A DNA stretch of 63,698 nucleotides, the filler included, from Octopus bimaculoides (taxonomy: Eukaryota), in NCBI RefSeq assembly GCF_001194135.2. It is 5 parts of 5 records of this genome, joined end to end, with 100 filler letters (N's around TTAATTAATTAA, not from the genome) between each part and the next. Parts side by side here need not be neighbours in the genome. Positions count along the whole stretch, not along the records: positions 44,971 to 59,271 come from NC_068984.1; positions 59,372 to 63,698 come from NC_068999.1; 3 more parts are not named here. One strand, given 5' to 3'. This document shows positions 49,316 to 63,698 of this stretch, piece by piece. The notes below the pieces were generated by a model. That model was not told the origin of the DNA. It saw only the letters and a list, made by a program, of their open reading frames with translations, and searched no databases. How positions within the stretch are numbered: position 1 is the first letter of the stretch; every line of letters begins with the position of its first letter. Both the position numbers and the translations under genes were made by a program.

Positions 49316-51449
49316 NNNNNNNNNNNNNNNNNNNNNNNNNNNNNNNNNNNNNNNNNNNNNNNNNNNNNNNNNNNNNNNNNNNNNNNNNNNNNNNNNNNNN
49401 NNNNNNNNNNNNNNNNNNNNNNNNNNNNNNNNNNNNNNNNNNNNNNNNNNNNNNNNNNNNNNNNNNNNNNNNNNNNNNNNNNNNNNNNNNNNNNNNNNNN
49501 NNNNNNNNNNNNNNNNNNNNNNNNNNNNNNNNNNNNNNNNNNNNNNNNNNNNNNNNNNNNNNNNNNNNNNNNNNNNNNNNNNNNNNNNNNNNNNNNNNNN
49601 NNNNNNNNNNNNNNNNNNNNNNNNNNNNNNNNNNNNNNNNNNNNNNNNNNNNNNNNNNNNNNNNNNNNNNNNNNNNNNNNNNNNNNNNNNNNNNNNNNNN
49701 NNNNNNNNNNNNNNNNNNNNNNNNNNNNNNNNNNNNNNNNNNNNNNNNNNNNNNNNNNNNNNNNNNNNNNNNNNNNNNNNNNNNNNNNNNNNNNNNNNNN
49801 NNNNNNNNNNNNNNNNNNNNNNNNNNNNNNNNNNNNNNNNNNNNNNNNNNNNNNNNNNNNNNNNNNNNNNNNNNNNNNNNNNNNNNNNNNNNNNNNNNNN
49901 NNNNNNNNNNNNNNNNNNNNNNNNNNNNNNNNNNNNNNNNNNNNNNNNNNNNNNNNNNNNNNNNNNNNNNNNNNNNNNNNNNNNNNNNNNNNNNNNNNNN
50001 NNNNNNNNNNNNNNNNNNNNNNNNNNNNNNNNNNNNNNNNNNNNNNNNNNNNNNNNNNNNNNNNNNNNNNNNNNNNNNNNNNNNNNNNNNNNNNNNNNNN
50101 NNNNNNNNNNNNNNNNNNNNNNNNNNNNNNNNNNNNNNNNNNATATATATATGTTTATGTGTATGTGTTAAAAAGAAATTTGGAAATAAAAAATCCTTAC
50201 AAACTCAGGTACAGATAACAACAGAAATGGTATGATCCAAATAAATAAATTATTCTAAATAAACAAATAAATAATGAATAACCAGTTTATTTTTCTTTGG
50301 CATAAGTATATATGGGTGTGCATTCCTTAAAACTATGATGTAGATCCAACTTTTTGCATACATACATACATACATGTGTATATATCAAGGCATATAGGGA
50401 TAAACACATAAATATATACATATTTCTCTGCAAGCATATATGCATACTTATACACAAGAACATTTGTTCTCATTGTCATATATATATCTAAATATATATA
50501 AATATTTATTTTATTTTATGTAGATATATATATACACATATATATGTATATAATCCATATGTACATATATATGCCTATACATACATGCATATATATATAT
50601 ATATATANNNNNNNNNNNNNNNNNNNNNNNNNNNNNNNNNNNNNNNNNNNNNNNNNNNNNNNNNNNNNNNNNNNNNNNNNNNNNNNNNNNNNNNNNNNNN
50701 NNNNNNNNNNNNNNNNNNNNNNNNNNNNNNNNNNNNNNNNNNNNNNNNNNNNNNNNNNNNNNNNNNNNNNNNNNNNNNNNNNNNNNNNNNNNNNNNNNNN
50801 NNNNNNNNNNNNNNNNNNNNNNNNNNNNNNNNNNNNNNNNNNNNNNNNNNNNNNNNNNNNNNNNNNNNNNNNNNNNNNNNNNNNNNNNNNNNNNNNNNNN
50901 NNNNNNNNNNNNNNNNNNNNNNNNNNNNNNNNNNNNNNNNNNNNNNNNNNNNNATATATATACAGATATATATGTGTATATATACGTGCATATATGCATG
51001 CTTATATGTATGTATGTATATAATTTTATACATTTCCATATACAAGAGTGCACTGATCACTCTTAAATGTTTTTACTTGAAAAATCATTAAACTCTTTGT
51101 AGGATGTATGTATGTATGTATGTATGTATGTATGTGTGTGTGTGTATGTATATATGTGTGTGTTTTTACTTGTACATAGGTATTTCTTTCATTTCAAATT
51201 TTTTTCTATATTATATTCTTAATCGCTTAATTCCTTGCACAACTCATACAGACACACACACATGCTTCCACCTGCATATCACACTTACACACATGCATAT
51301 TTATATATAGAATGATACACACAGGTGCACACATCTTTTTCCCATATATTTTTGAGTGTAAAACCTTATAGCAAAATTCTCAACAAATAGGTATACATGT
51401 AAACATGTGGACACATATACACTGAAATATATATAAATATATATATATC

Positions 51450-51490
<41 letters not shown>

Positions 51491-51505
51491 GTGTGTGTAT
51501 ATATA

Positions 51506-51555
<50 letters not shown>

Positions 51556-52164
51556 TAGATAGATACATAAATACATACATACATCTATCCATCCATATGT
51601 TCATCTCTTTCTCTCTGTCTCATATATATATATATATATATATGTTTGTGTGTGTGTATGTATGTATATATCTATGTATATATGTATATTTATATGTATG
51701 TATATATATTTATATATGTATATATGTATGTATATATATATATGCATGTACATATGTAAGTATACATATATATATATATGCATATATAAATATATACATT
51801 TGTACTTATACATATTTATATATATGTGTGCATTAATGTATCTTCCTATGTCATTTAGTATGCAGTATATTTTATTACTATTCTACAAAATACATTCAAT
51901 CAAATCTTCTGAGTTCTATGGTAAACTTTGCACAAAAATTCATTCATTCTTGTATTAACAAAATATTCATTATTGCTTGTTGAATTTTAATGTTGAATCT
52001 CTGGATCACTTTCCTCAATACTTTGATCCACTAAAGCCTTTTTTTTTTGGCATTTAGTTAATGTCATTTTCACTTATTAACTCCATTTTATGCAAAGCTT
52101 TTAATTTTTGTTAAAGTAGAAATTTCATGATCTATGCTTGATAAGCAGAAATTTCGTAGTCTAA

Positions 52165-52400
52165 AGGCAGCAAGTTGACAGAAACATTAGCATGCTGGGT
52201 GAAATGCTTAGCAGTATTTTGTCTGCTGCTACGTTCCGAGTTCAAATTCTGCTGAGGTCGACTTTGCCTTTCATCCTTTTGGGGTTGATAAATTAAGTAC
52301 CAGTTACACACTGGGGTCGATGTAATCGACTTAATCCCTTTGTCTGTCCTTATTTGTCCCCTCTATGTTTAGCCCCTTGTAGGCAATAAAGAAATAAGAA
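52165..52400 (+). mobile_element. SINE family B variant with a different 3' tail
   Basis: Family B head and body, then AATCCCTTTGTCTGTCC...AATAAAGAAATAAG. Confidence 0.75.
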
Positions 52401-52918
52401 ATTTCATGTTCTATGGCTTGATATTTAAGGCTTGCATTACCATATTTCTTATATTTTTGATGAAACACACATTTACTTTTAATTAGTTTTGTAAATATTT
52501 AAAAATTAACTCTTTGGAGTATAAATTGGAATGAAATTTTGATGGATAATTTTAATTAAGATCTCTGTAGCTCTTTTGTTACCATTATCTCCACTGCAAA
52601 ATGCTGCCATTATTTCAATTAATTTTGAAAATAATTAAGAACTTCCACATCTGCAAGTTCCATAGAACTTAGTAAAATAATGTTGTTATTATGCAGTTAA
52701 TGTGTAGAATGTAAATTAATATGAAATTTTAAGGAAATGCTTACTTCAGATCACTTTAGAGCAAGAAGTTTATATTGTGGAATCTTGGATGCTCTTGAGC
52801 AGACTGTTATCAAAAGGGTAAAAATGGCACACAAGAATCCTCATTACTCCAACTGGTGAACTGTCATCTTGGTAAGAGAGAACTTTATAATAATGCTCCA
52901 GCAAAATCATATATGATG

Positions 52919-52961
<43 letters not shown>

Positions 52962-52986
52962 NNNNNNNNNNNNNNNNNNNNNNNNN

Positions 52987-53037
<51 letters not shown>

Positions 53038-53347
53038 TGTGAATGATCATGAGATCCTGGTTTCATTTCCTAGACTGGGTGGTGCATTGTGTTCTTAAGC
53101 AAAGCACTTCCTTTCACATTGCTCTGCAATCATTTTGACACCTGATGTGTGGCACACTGTGCACCTGTTTGGGCAATATCGATTTGATAGAGCGAGTGAG
53201 CTAATGTACAGAAACATACATTTGATCACTATAAACAAATCATTTGCGAAGGTTGTTCAGCAAAAAACTGAACACTTGTGTGTTGTCTTTAATGGGTCAG
53301 TCCATCATATATATATGCAAATATATATATTTTAGCATATATAAATA

Positions 53348-53437
<90 letters not shown>

Positions 53438-53559
53438 TACATGTATATATATATATATATAAAAATGATTAAATAAAGTTAGTTATGCCCAGTTTATGAG
53501 CTAACCTTGAGTTTCATGTCCATAAAGCACTTAGTTTTATGGCATTTCTCCAGACCCTA

Positions 53560-54040
53560 ATGGCTGGTGGCCTAAGCGAAATCGTGATGGCACCTGTATC
53601 ACTGGAGCGCTAAGAGCACTATCCAAGCGTGATCGTTGCCAGAGCATCTGTCTGGCTTCCATGCCGGTGGCACATAAATAGCACCATTTGAGCTTGATCG
53701 TTACCAACGTCACCTTCCTGGCACTTGTGCCAGTGGCACGTGAAAAGACATTCGAGCAAGATTGTTGCCAGTGCTGCTGGACTGGCTCCTGTGCAGGTGG
53801 TACATAAAATACACCATTTCTAGTGTGTCCGTTGCCAGTACCGCCTGACTGGCCTTCGTACCAGTGGCACATAAAAGCACCCACTACACTCTCGGAGAGG
53901 TTGGCGTTAGGAAGGACATCCAGCTGTAGAAACTCTGCCAAATCAGATTGGAGCCTGGTGTAGCCACCTGGTTCACCAGTCCTCAGTTAAATCGTCCAAC
54001 CCATGCTAGCATGGAAAGCGGACGTTAAACGATGATGATA
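53560..54040 (+). mobile_element. Family C (tandem units + RTE-type 3' end)
   Basis: Same organisation as 47900-48400. Confidence 0.85.
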
Positions 54041-55025
54041 TGTATATGTGGTGATGATGATGATGATGATAATGCAAGCCATGCAGTAAAGGCATAAAGA
54101 TCTATATGTGACCTGAGTGCAGCAGATTACACATGCACATTACAAATGTTGTGTTTCGTGCCATAATCAAACACAACTTAATTAAAAAAGAAAAATTTGA
54201 ANNNNNNNNNNNNNNNNNNNNNNNNNNNNNNNNNNNNNNNNNNNNNNNNNNNNNNNNNNNNNNNNNNNNNNNNNNNNNNNNNNNNNNNNNNNNNNNNNNN
54301 NNNNNNNNNNNNNNNNNNNNNNNNNNNNNNNNNNNNNNNNNNNNNNNNNNNNNNNNNNNNNNNNNNNNNNNNNNNNNNNNNNNNNNNNNNNNNNNNNNNN
54401 NNNNNNNNNNNNNNNAAGAATAAGTCCTGGGGTCGATTTGCTCGACTAAAGGTGGTGCTCCAGCATGGCCACAGTCAAATGACTGAAACAAGTAAAAGAG
54501 TAAAAGAGTTACAAGATAGGTGTATCTGTAGGGAAACCACAAAGAAAGAACGAAGCTCTAAGACAGATACACCTGAAGTGTAATGTTGATTTCATTTGAA
54601 GTCGTTTCATTTCTCTTACATTTGAAAATGTCATGTGAACCACAACCAAAACTATCATTATGAGAAGATATTCTTAATCAAAAGACATCATTAATATTCT
54701 ACCATGAACTATTGGCACCTGAAAAGGAGATATTTAGACATTTGTTAAAGCTCTGTTACTAAATGGTGGAAGAAATATTGTTTATTCATCAGCAATAATA
54801 GAGTTGAATTAATGCCAAAATGGATCCAATATGAAAACCCATGTTACTTTGTTTCCATTTTTCTCTGTGACTGTTTCACTGTCAGACACTTTTGATTGTC
54901 TGTCTACATCACTTCCATTTCTTAGTTCCGTCTCCCAATGTTGATTTCAACCTCAGCCGTCGAAATTTCCAGCCCTAACCACATCATATGCTTTCTTCTG
55001 CTAGAGAACACAAGCAAAATGCTGA

Positions 55026-55090
<65 letters not shown>

Positions 55091-55844
55091 ACAGAGATAG
55101 AGAGAGGGAGAGCAGAACAAAAGCTGGCAAGTTATTCTGTTCTCTCCACCTTTATAGTACTACTACTACTCCTCCATTCTACCATTCTACCATCACCACT
55201 ATCACTGCTACTACTGCTGCTACTGCCATGACCACCACCGCCACTGTTACTACTGCTTCTACTACTACTACTACTACTACTGCAGCTGCTGCTGCTACTT
55301 TCATCAACAACATTCTCATCTGCTGTTTCATTACACCACCATCATCATCATCATCATCACTATCATCATCATGGTCATCATCATCACCATTATCATCATC
55401 AACACCATCATCTTCGCCATTATCATCATAATCGTCGCCATCATCATCATCAGCAGCAACAGCAACAGCACCCCCCCCCCAGTTACAATCCCTATCATCA
55501 CCACTCACTCCATATCACTACCATCACCAATGCTATGACCTCAGCCACTACAGCAAACATTCCTACCACTCTCAACAACACTTCCACATAGCTAGTATCA
55601 TTAAACTACGACCAGTACTTAACACTACCAAATCATGACAGCTGTCAGAGCCTTTAAACTATTCACACCCTAACTTCCTCTATTGCAAACACTGCTGAAA
55701 CTTCAGCCTATACTTTCATTAACCCCAATAACACAGCTATAATCACCAATTATATACAAGTACACAAACAATGATAGCATCTACTAAAACAACAACTATT
55801 TCTTACTACATCAAACTGACTCAGTATGTTTTATATATATCATA

Positions 55845-56311
55845 AATATAGATATTATGGTGGCATGTAGAAAGCACTGTCTGAACATGAACAATGCCAG
55901 CGCCACCTGACTGGCTCCTCTGCTGGTGGCATGTAAAAAGCACCATCTGAATGTGGCCAATGCCAGCGCCACCTGACTGGCTCCTGTGCCGGTGACATGT
56001 AAAAAGCACCATCTGAATGTGGCCAATGCCAGTGCCCCTTGACTGGCTGCTGTGCAGGTAGCACGTAAAAAACACCATTTTGAGCATGGCCGTTGCCAGG
56101 CCTGCCTGACTGGCTCCTGTGCCGGTGACATGTAAAAGGCACCCACTACACTCTCGGAGTGGTTGGTGTTAGGAAGGGCATGCAGCTGTAGAAACATTGC
56201 CAGATTGGATTGGAGCCTGGTGCAGCTGATGGCTTTCCAGACCTCAGTCAAAACGGCCAACCCATGCCAGCATGGAAAACGAATGTTAAATGATGATGAT
56301 GATGATGATGA

Positions 56312-56315
<4 letters not shown>
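55845..56315 (+). mobile_element. Family C with homogenised ~61-bp tandem units
   Basis: CCAGCGCCACCTGACTGGCTCCT..ATGTAAAAAGCACCATCTGAATGTGGCCAATG repeated. Confidence 0.85.
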
Positions 56316-56349
<34 letters not shown>

Positions 56350-56519
56350 AATGATAAATGAGTATATGCATTATATATATATATATATATGATGATATGA
56401 TGATGATGATATATATTTATATATATATATATACACACACACACATATATATGAGTGTGTAAAAAACACACATACACATACATGCACACACACTCACATA
56501 TATGTATGTTTATGTGTCA

Positions 56520-57005
56520 GGTACAGGTGTGATTGTATGGTAAGAAGCTCACTTCCCAACCTCATGGTTCTGGGTTCAGTACTACTGCATGGTACCTTGG
56601 TCAAGTGTGTTCTACTATAGCCTCAAGTCAACCAAAGCCTTGTGAGAGGATTTGAGAGACAGAAACTAAGAGAAGCGCATAATATATATGTATGTATATA
56701 TGTGAGTATAGAGGTATGTGTGTGTGTGTATGTGTGTGTGTATGCATGTGTGTGGGCGTGTGTGTGTCTATGTTTGTCCCTTATCACCACATGACAGCTG
56801 GTGTTGGTGTGTTTACTTCGCTATAACCTTGCAGTTCAGTAAAAGAGACTGATAAAATAAAGTACCAGGCTTAGCAAAAACTAAAAATAAGTAAAAATAA
56901 GAACTAGGATCAATTCATTCAACTAAAAAAAAAAAAAAAATTGTTTAAGGCAGTGCCCCAGCATGGCCACAGTCTAATGATTGAAACAAGTAAAAAAAAA
57001 AAAAA
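56520..57005 (+). mobile_element. SINE family A
   Basis: Head, internal (TG)n and tail. Confidence 0.75.
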
Positions 57006-57102
57006 NNNNNNNNNNNNNNNNNNNNNNNNNNNNNNNNNNNNNNNNNNNNNNNNNNNNNNNNNNNNNNNNNNNNNNNNNNNNNNNNNNNNNNNNNNNNNNN
57101 NN

Positions 57103-57153
<51 letters not shown>

Positions 57154-58484
57154 CATATATATATACGTGATCATGTAAGAAACAGGAAGAGAAAGAGAAA
57201 GAGATGATAAGAGAGAGAGAGAGCAAACTGTAGGAGAATGTGTTTAAGTATAAGGCTTTCATTGAGGGTTATTGCTTGAAACCCCTTACTGTGGGATTGG
57301 CTTGATGCCTGGTTATTTCTCACAGCTGGATAGATTAAGTCCCTTCCATTCCTCACAACCTGCATCATATATTGATCTCTGATGACAATATATGAATTGT
57401 ACAACAGCAGCTGATATGAAATAACTGACCGTTTTGTATAGTGCCAACTTTTCCTTGACTAAAATCTATAGAACAATGCTCTGTTGTCTTCCTTTTTTTT
57501 TTCTTCCTTTCTTTTCAATTTTGCAAAAGAAACTTAAGAGTTGAAAGAGCTGGACAATTGTAAAAGTATTTGGGTTAAATGGTTCAAAAGTGCCAGGAGG
57601 TCAGCTACCCTCCTTCAACAAACACTGCATCTGTAAATGGCACCAAAATCGAAATGTTGCTCTGCTTGTTATTGTTGTAAATTAATGCTAGTGAATTCTA
57701 ATTTGACCCGATTGTTTCCCATTAGCGACAAATGGGTTTGAAACAAAAGCTCAGTGAGATCTATTGATCTGAACAAAATCTGGCTAGACACGACAAGAGA
57801 GTCTCTACCTTGTTGATTGAACTCTCTGAAACAGTAGCCAAATCTCTCTCAAACCACACCTCACCTTCTTAAAACTAGAATGTAGTTGATAATGTAGTCC
57901 AAGATACATTATGTCAGAAGCAGTATGAAACACTATGATCATATTCGGAATATATTTGACTCTAGGCTGGCTCAGTCAGAGTTAACTTGGATCAATAACA
58001 GCGACAATAGCAAGAACAGTAATAATAATACTGCTGGTATATCTGATACAAATCCATATTCTAAAACTGAAATTGTTCTGTATTGCAAAAGACAAAAGAT
58101 TTCTCTGATCAAGAATGAGGAGAAATCACAATACTTGTTGGTTTGTAATGGGCTTTATGTATCATTAAGCAAATATACTAAACTTCACTCAGACTTCACT
58201 GACTGTAAACTGCCGTCCTTACAATATCTTCATGGTGTGTTGTATTTATCATTTCTCATTCTACTTCAGTGCTCTGAAGAGCTTTTTACAAACTGTGCCA
58301 CCATAGCCTTTACTTCTTCCATCGCTTTTTTCAGTGTTTCATTTTTCTCTCCATTGGATAATGTGATTATATATACATGTACATATATGTGTGTGTGTGT
58401 ATGTATATATATATATATATATAAATATACATATATATTTATATATATGTATACATACGTATATACATACATCATAATCATCAT

Positions 58485-58625
58485 CATCGTTTAATGTCCG
58501 CTTTCCATGCTAGCATGGGTTGGACGATTGGACTGAGGACTGGTGAACCAGATGGCTACACCAGGCTCCAATCTGATTTAATAGAGTTTCTACAGCTGGA
58601 TGCCCTTCCTAACGCCAACCACTCC
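58485..58625 (-). mobile_element. Family C 3' end (truncated)
   Basis: Matches the other family C copies. Confidence 0.8.
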
Positions 58626-58647
58626 AAGATTGAAACATATATATATA

Positions 58648-58692
<45 letters not shown>

Positions 58693-58693
58693 G

Positions 58694-58998
58694 CAGTGTA
58701 CATTTAAACACATAAGAGGTATCCATCATAGGATTCCTTGCACCTTAGAAAGAACAGCTAAGTTCCAAACTACTATTATGGATAAAACTTCGAAGGGAAT
58801 GAAAAATAAAAACATTTACCATCTAGCTCCTGGACCAATGGTTTCTGACTTATTTTGGCAAATAAATAGATGGTAAATGTTTTTACTTCTCATTCCCTTC
58901 GAAGTTTTAGCTCTAATAGTGATTTGGAACTTAGCTATTCTTTCTAGCATGCAAAGAATCCTATGATGGATACCTCTTATGTGTTTAAATGTACACTG
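58694..58998. mobile_element. Tc1/mariner-type foldback MITE (~305 bp)
   Basis: CAGTGTACATTTAAACACATAAGAGGTATCCATCATAGGATTC termini in inverted orientation, ~135-bp arms, TA at the right flank. Confidence 0.85.
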
Positions 58999-59439
58999 TA
59001 TTTATATGAATAATATATAGTCTATGAACTAAATTTTTACACGCTAGGCCTCTGGTAGTAGAAATTTCTAATATCTCTTATTATCCTTGATATTATTAAT
59101 TATTGATAATTTTTTCTGGGTAATTTTTGAATTGAAATGCCGGCATTTTTTATTTACTGCCAACAAGGAGCTGCGCTTGCACGGTAGATTTGAAAAATTA
59201 GAATGTATAAGCATGGGGCATATACTGGATTGCCTCGTGTATATATGTTTAATCTGGGTGTACCTGCTGCTNNNNNNNNNNNNNNNNNNNNNNNNNNNNN
59301 NNNNNNNNNNNNNNNTTAATTAATTAANNNNNNNNNNNNNNNNNNNNNNNNNNNNNNNNNNNNNNNNNNNNAAATACAGAGAGTTGAGCCCTTCGTCTCC
59401 TGTTGACCAGCCCTTGCAAAGTCCAAGCTTATTTATAGA

Positions 59440-59690
59440 CACACGTAAAATACACCATTTCGAGCGTGGCTATTGCCAGTACCGCCTGACTGGCCTTCGT
59501 GCCGGTGGCACGTAAAAGCACCCACTACACTCTCAGAGTGGTTGGCGTTAGGAAGGGCATCCAGCTGTAGAAATTCTGCCAAATCAGATTGGAGCCTGGT
59601 GTAGCCATCTGGTTTCACCAGTCCTCAGTCAAACCGTCCAACCCATGCTAGCATGGAAAGCAGACGTTAAACGATGATGATGATGATGAT
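59440..59690 (+). mobile_element. Family C
   Basis: Near-consensus copy with (GAT)n tail. Confidence 0.85.
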
Positions 59691-59779
59691 GAATCAAGCC
59701 ATCAGCCATGGCTATTGGACAATCTGTCAACAATTTGATGGCCTGAAAGAAGCATGGCAGGTTGACAAGGATGACCTGA

Positions 59780-59990
59780 TCACAATCATCTGTGATGCAA
59801 CTGTTGAATCTATCAAAGAGAGATTATGATAAACTGACCAGATATTATAATCAGGGATTAGAATTAAAATTCTTGCAACACTGATAGATATTTTCATCCC
59901 TTCTGGCAAATTCATTACTTGAGAGGAGGGAAGTGGGGAAGCTATCAAAATACAAGGATTTTGAATTGAAATAAACAGGATGTAAGGCAT
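59780..59990 (+). mobile_element. Old R4/Dong REL remnant
   Basis: N*PDIIIRD..LIDIFIPSG..KLSKYKDFE. Confidence 0.55.
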
Positions 59991-60204
59991 GGTTGGAAAA
60001 AAGAAAAAGAGTGCCAGAAATAATTGGGGTAGAAGGGTAAAATAAAAAATAAAAACATGAAGAAAAATATCTAAATTATAGTCGAGCTCACAACAGTTTA
60101 AAAAAAAAGGGTACCCCAATTAATACAAGATCAAAAAGACTTTAAATTTAACGACACTCCTTAATATGGTCTGTGCCCAACACCTCTGAACAATAACTGC
60201 ACAA

Positions 60205-60310
60205 TGAAATAACAACACAACACATACCCCAATACAATAACCACCCAGTTACAAAACACAGCACACATACCCCTATACAACAACCACCCAGGAACAGAAC
60301 AACACACATT
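60205..60310 (+). repeat. ~43-bp tandem repeat, about 2.3 copies
   Basis: ACACATACCCC(A/T)ATACAA(T/C)AACCACCCAG repeated. Confidence 0.65.
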
Positions 60311-60749
60311 CATGAATAAGAGTGAGAGTCACATTGTTTTATAAATTAAATCGTTTAATTTGCAGGGAGGGGGGTGAGCAATGATTGTAGTTATTAGGAT
60401 GAGGAAGTGAATGAGTAATGAGAGAGATAGGTGTGTGTGTGTGTGTGTGTTATCAATCAATCTTCTTCTCTGTCTATTTTTATATATATCTCTCTCTCTC
60501 TCTCTAAATATATATCTATAGCTTTCTTTTCATCTCTTTCTCCTCTATGAATGTATGTAGATATATATATGTATAAAATAAACACACACACACATGCAAT
60601 TAAAAGATGACTCTATATACACTGCATTGCACCTTGGGAAAGTACCTTCTACTATAGCCTCAGACTGACCAAAGCCTTGTGGGTGGATTTGGTAGACGGA
60701 AACTGGAAAGAAGCCCATTTTGTGTGTGTGTGTAGTAGTAGTAGTAGTA

Positions 60750-60808
<59 letters not shown>

Positions 60809-61809
60809 NNNNNNNNNNNNNNNNNNNNNNNNNNNNNNNNNNNNNNNNNNNNNNNNNNNNNNNNNNNNNNNNNNNNNNNNNNNNNNNNNNNNNNNNNNNN
60901 NNNNNNNNNNNNNNNNNNNNNNNNNNNNNNNNNNNNNNNNNNNNNNNNNNNNNNNNNNNNNNNNNNNNNNNNNNNNNNNNNNNNNNNNNNNNNNNNNNNN
61001 NNNNNNNNNNNNNNNNNNNNNNNNNNNNNNNNNNNNNNNNNNNNNNNNNNNNNNNNNNNNNNNNNNNNNNNNNNNNNNNNNNNNNNNNNNNNNNNNNNNN
61101 NNNNNNNNNNNNNNNNNNNNNNNNNNNNNNNNNNNNNNNNNNNNNNNNNNNNNNNNNNNNNNNNNNNNNNNNNNNNNNNNNNNNNNNNNNNNNNNNNNNN
61201 NNNNNNNNNNNNNNNNNNNNNNNNNNNNNNNNNNNNNNNNNNNNNNNNNNNNNNNNNNNNNNNNNNNNNNNNNNNNNNNNNNNNNNNNNNNNNNNNNNNN
61301 NNNNNNNNNNNNNNGTGGTGGTGGTGGTGGTGGTAGTGAAGACGAGGGGAGGGGCAAAGGGCTTTCTCTCCTCAGCTTCCTACATCTTCGTTGAAGAGGA
61401 AGAGGGTGTGGATGAAGAGGAAGGCTTTTTTTTTTGAAAACAGAAGTGGTGACTTGTTGAGTGAAATGTCATGATTACAGACAGACAGCAACAACAAGAA
61501 GACGAAGAACAAGAACAGGAGCAGCAGCAGCGAACGCCATTTCAAAGACAGTGGCTTTAGGTAGTGGTCTATCAAGTTTTGACTATTATTATTATTATTA
61601 TTTCCAGACTGTCAACCTGCCTGAATACAAGGGTGCCTCCACCACCACCACCACCGCTGCTGCCACCACAGCCACCACCATCATCATGCCATCACTACGC
61701 ACTCCCCCTCTCCTCCCACCTCACTAACACCTTCAGTTTGTGTTCCTTCGTTTAAAGACAGCCCTTGGCATCTTCATGGCATAAGTTTTTTTTATATCAA
61801 ATGATATAC

Positions 61810-62083
61810 ACGGACTGTGTGGTAAGAAGTTTGCTTCACAACCATATGGTTCCGGGTTCAGTCCCACCTTGGGCCAAATGTCTTCTATTATAGCTTTGGG
61901 CCAGCCAAAGCCTTGTGGACAGAAACTGAAAAGAAGCCTGGTGTTAGTATGCTTACATTCCTGTGACTTAACACTTCAACAAAAGGGGACCGATAGAATA
62001 AGTATCAGGATTAGAAAATAAGTCCTGGGGTTGATTTGTTCAACTAAAATTCTTCAAGGTGATGCTCCAGCATGGTCACAATC
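61810..62083 (+). mobile_element. SINE family A lacking the internal microsatellite block
   Basis: Head joined directly to the tail; ends at a gap. Confidence 0.75.
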
Positions 62084-63698
62084 NNNNNNNNNNNNNNNNN
62101 NNNNNNNNNNNNNNNNNNNNNNNNNNNNNNNNNNNNNNNNNNNNNNNNNNNNNNNNNNNNNNNNNNNNNNNNNNNNNNNNNNNNNNNNNNNNNNNNNNNN
62201 NNNNNNNNNNNNNNNNNNNNNNNNNNNNNNNNNNNNNNNNNNNNNNNNNNNNNNNNNNNNNNNNNNNNNNNNNNNNNNNNNNNNNNNNNNNNNNNNNNNN
62301 NNNNNNNNNNNNNNNNNNNNNNNNNNNNNNNNNNNNNNNNNNNNNNNNNNNNNNNNNNNNNNNNNNNNNNNNNNNNNNNNNNNNNNNNNNNNNNNNNNNN
62401 NNNNNNNNNNNNNNNNNNNNNNNNNNNNNNNNNNNNNNNNNNNNNNNNNNNNNNNNNNNNNNNNNNNNNNNNNNNNNNNNNNNNNNNNNNNNNNNNNNNN
62501 NNNNNNNNNNNNNNNNNNNNNNNNNNNNNNNNNNNNNNNNNNNNNNNNNNNNNNNNNNNNNNNNNNNNNNNNNNNNNNNNNNNNNNNNNNNNNNNNNNNN
62601 NNNNNNNNNNNNNNNNNNNNNNNNNNNNNNNNNNNNNNNNNNNNNNNNNNNNNNNNNNNNNNNNNNNNNNNNNNNNNNNNNNNNNNNNNNNNNNNNNNNN
62701 NNNNNNNNNNNNNNNNNNNNNNNNNNNNNNNNNNNNNNNNNNNNNNNNNNNNNNNNNNNNNNNNNNNNNNNNNNNNNNNNNNNNNNNNNNNNNNNNNNNN
62801 NNNNNNNNNNNNNNNNNNNNNNNNNNNNNNNNNNNNNNNNNNNNNNNNNNNNNNNNNNNNNNNNNNNNNNNNNNNNNNNNNNNNNNNNNNNNNNNNNNNN
62901 NNNNNNNNNNNNNNNNNNNNNNNNNNNNNNNNNNNNNNNNNNNNNNNNNNNNNNNNNNNNNNNNNNNNNNNNNNNNNNNNNNNNNNNACCCACCCTGAAG
63001 TACAAGACGAGTCCTAGGGTGGATGGTTTCAACTAATCTCCTCCCTCAGACATGTAATCCAGACATAAACACGCTTGTCAATAATTCCATTACCGTTTAC
63101 ATACAACACCAACACACATACATACACACACACACACACATATACATAACTGCATGTGTGCAAATAAATGCAGTGTGTGTGTGTGTGTGTGTGTAATTGG
63201 ATATGGTTGCTGTATGCGTGTAGGTGTTTACATGCACAGTAAGTCTGCATATATATTAATATGTGCAGTGGTATGTGTATGTGTACATATGTGCACCAGC
63301 ACGTGACATGCGACTATGTGCAGCATCAGAACATGTGTGCACATATGTCAACATGGCATTACTCTCAACACTCTGAGATGGAAATAACTTTGGTGGGGGG
63401 GGGTGTTAAATAAATACACAAACGCATACAAGACATCAGCAAATACACACACACACACACACACACAGAGGCAAAACATGCATGCACACACACACACACA
63501 CGTGCGCACACAGCACATATGCACACAAGACACATGTTGGACAGACTGCAAAGTAGGTGTACAAAAACACACAATACACATACAATACACATACAAGAGA
63601 CTCATATAAACACACACACACACACACACACAAAGTCATACATACACACACAAAGACACACACACACACACACACACACAAAGACACACACACACACA

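Noticed and set aside
54620-54718. Minus-strand segment with strong acceptor and donor
   Set aside because: Stops in all three frames; it could only be a UTR or non-coding exon and has no other support.
57925-58494. 189-aa plus-strand ORF
   Set aside because: The C-terminal part is microsatellite, and the rest has no recognisable domain or exon boundaries.

Overview
AT-rich eukaryotic DNA dominated by repeats and microsatellites, with many N gaps. The SINE families and repeat landscape look cephalopod, probably Octopus (inference). No intact protein-coding ORF was found; the long ORFs in the track come from gaps or microsatellites. Recognisable content: two near-identical RTE reverse-transcriptase fragments; several R4/Dong fragments (RT and restriction-like endonuclease), three at (TAA)n tracts; CR1 and Tx1 LINE remnants; a near full-length decayed Tc1 with both TIRs; an internally deleted mariner; foldback MITEs; and dozens of tRNA-derived SINEs. 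The most unusual signal is a set of hammerhead-ribozyme-like motifs of the kind found at Penelope-like element termini. The best one straddles the spacer and right arm of a 422-bp near-perfect palindrome (10726-11147); weaker ones lie at 44513-44573 (-) and 22444-22486 (+). Also present are a few plus-strand candidate exons for an unidentified membrane protein, a frame-coherent but decayed minus-strand coding relic (7.3-9.1 kb), and a 22-bp-stem hairpin of pre-miRNA size. All identifications are by eye, no database search was run, and repeat boundaries are approximate.
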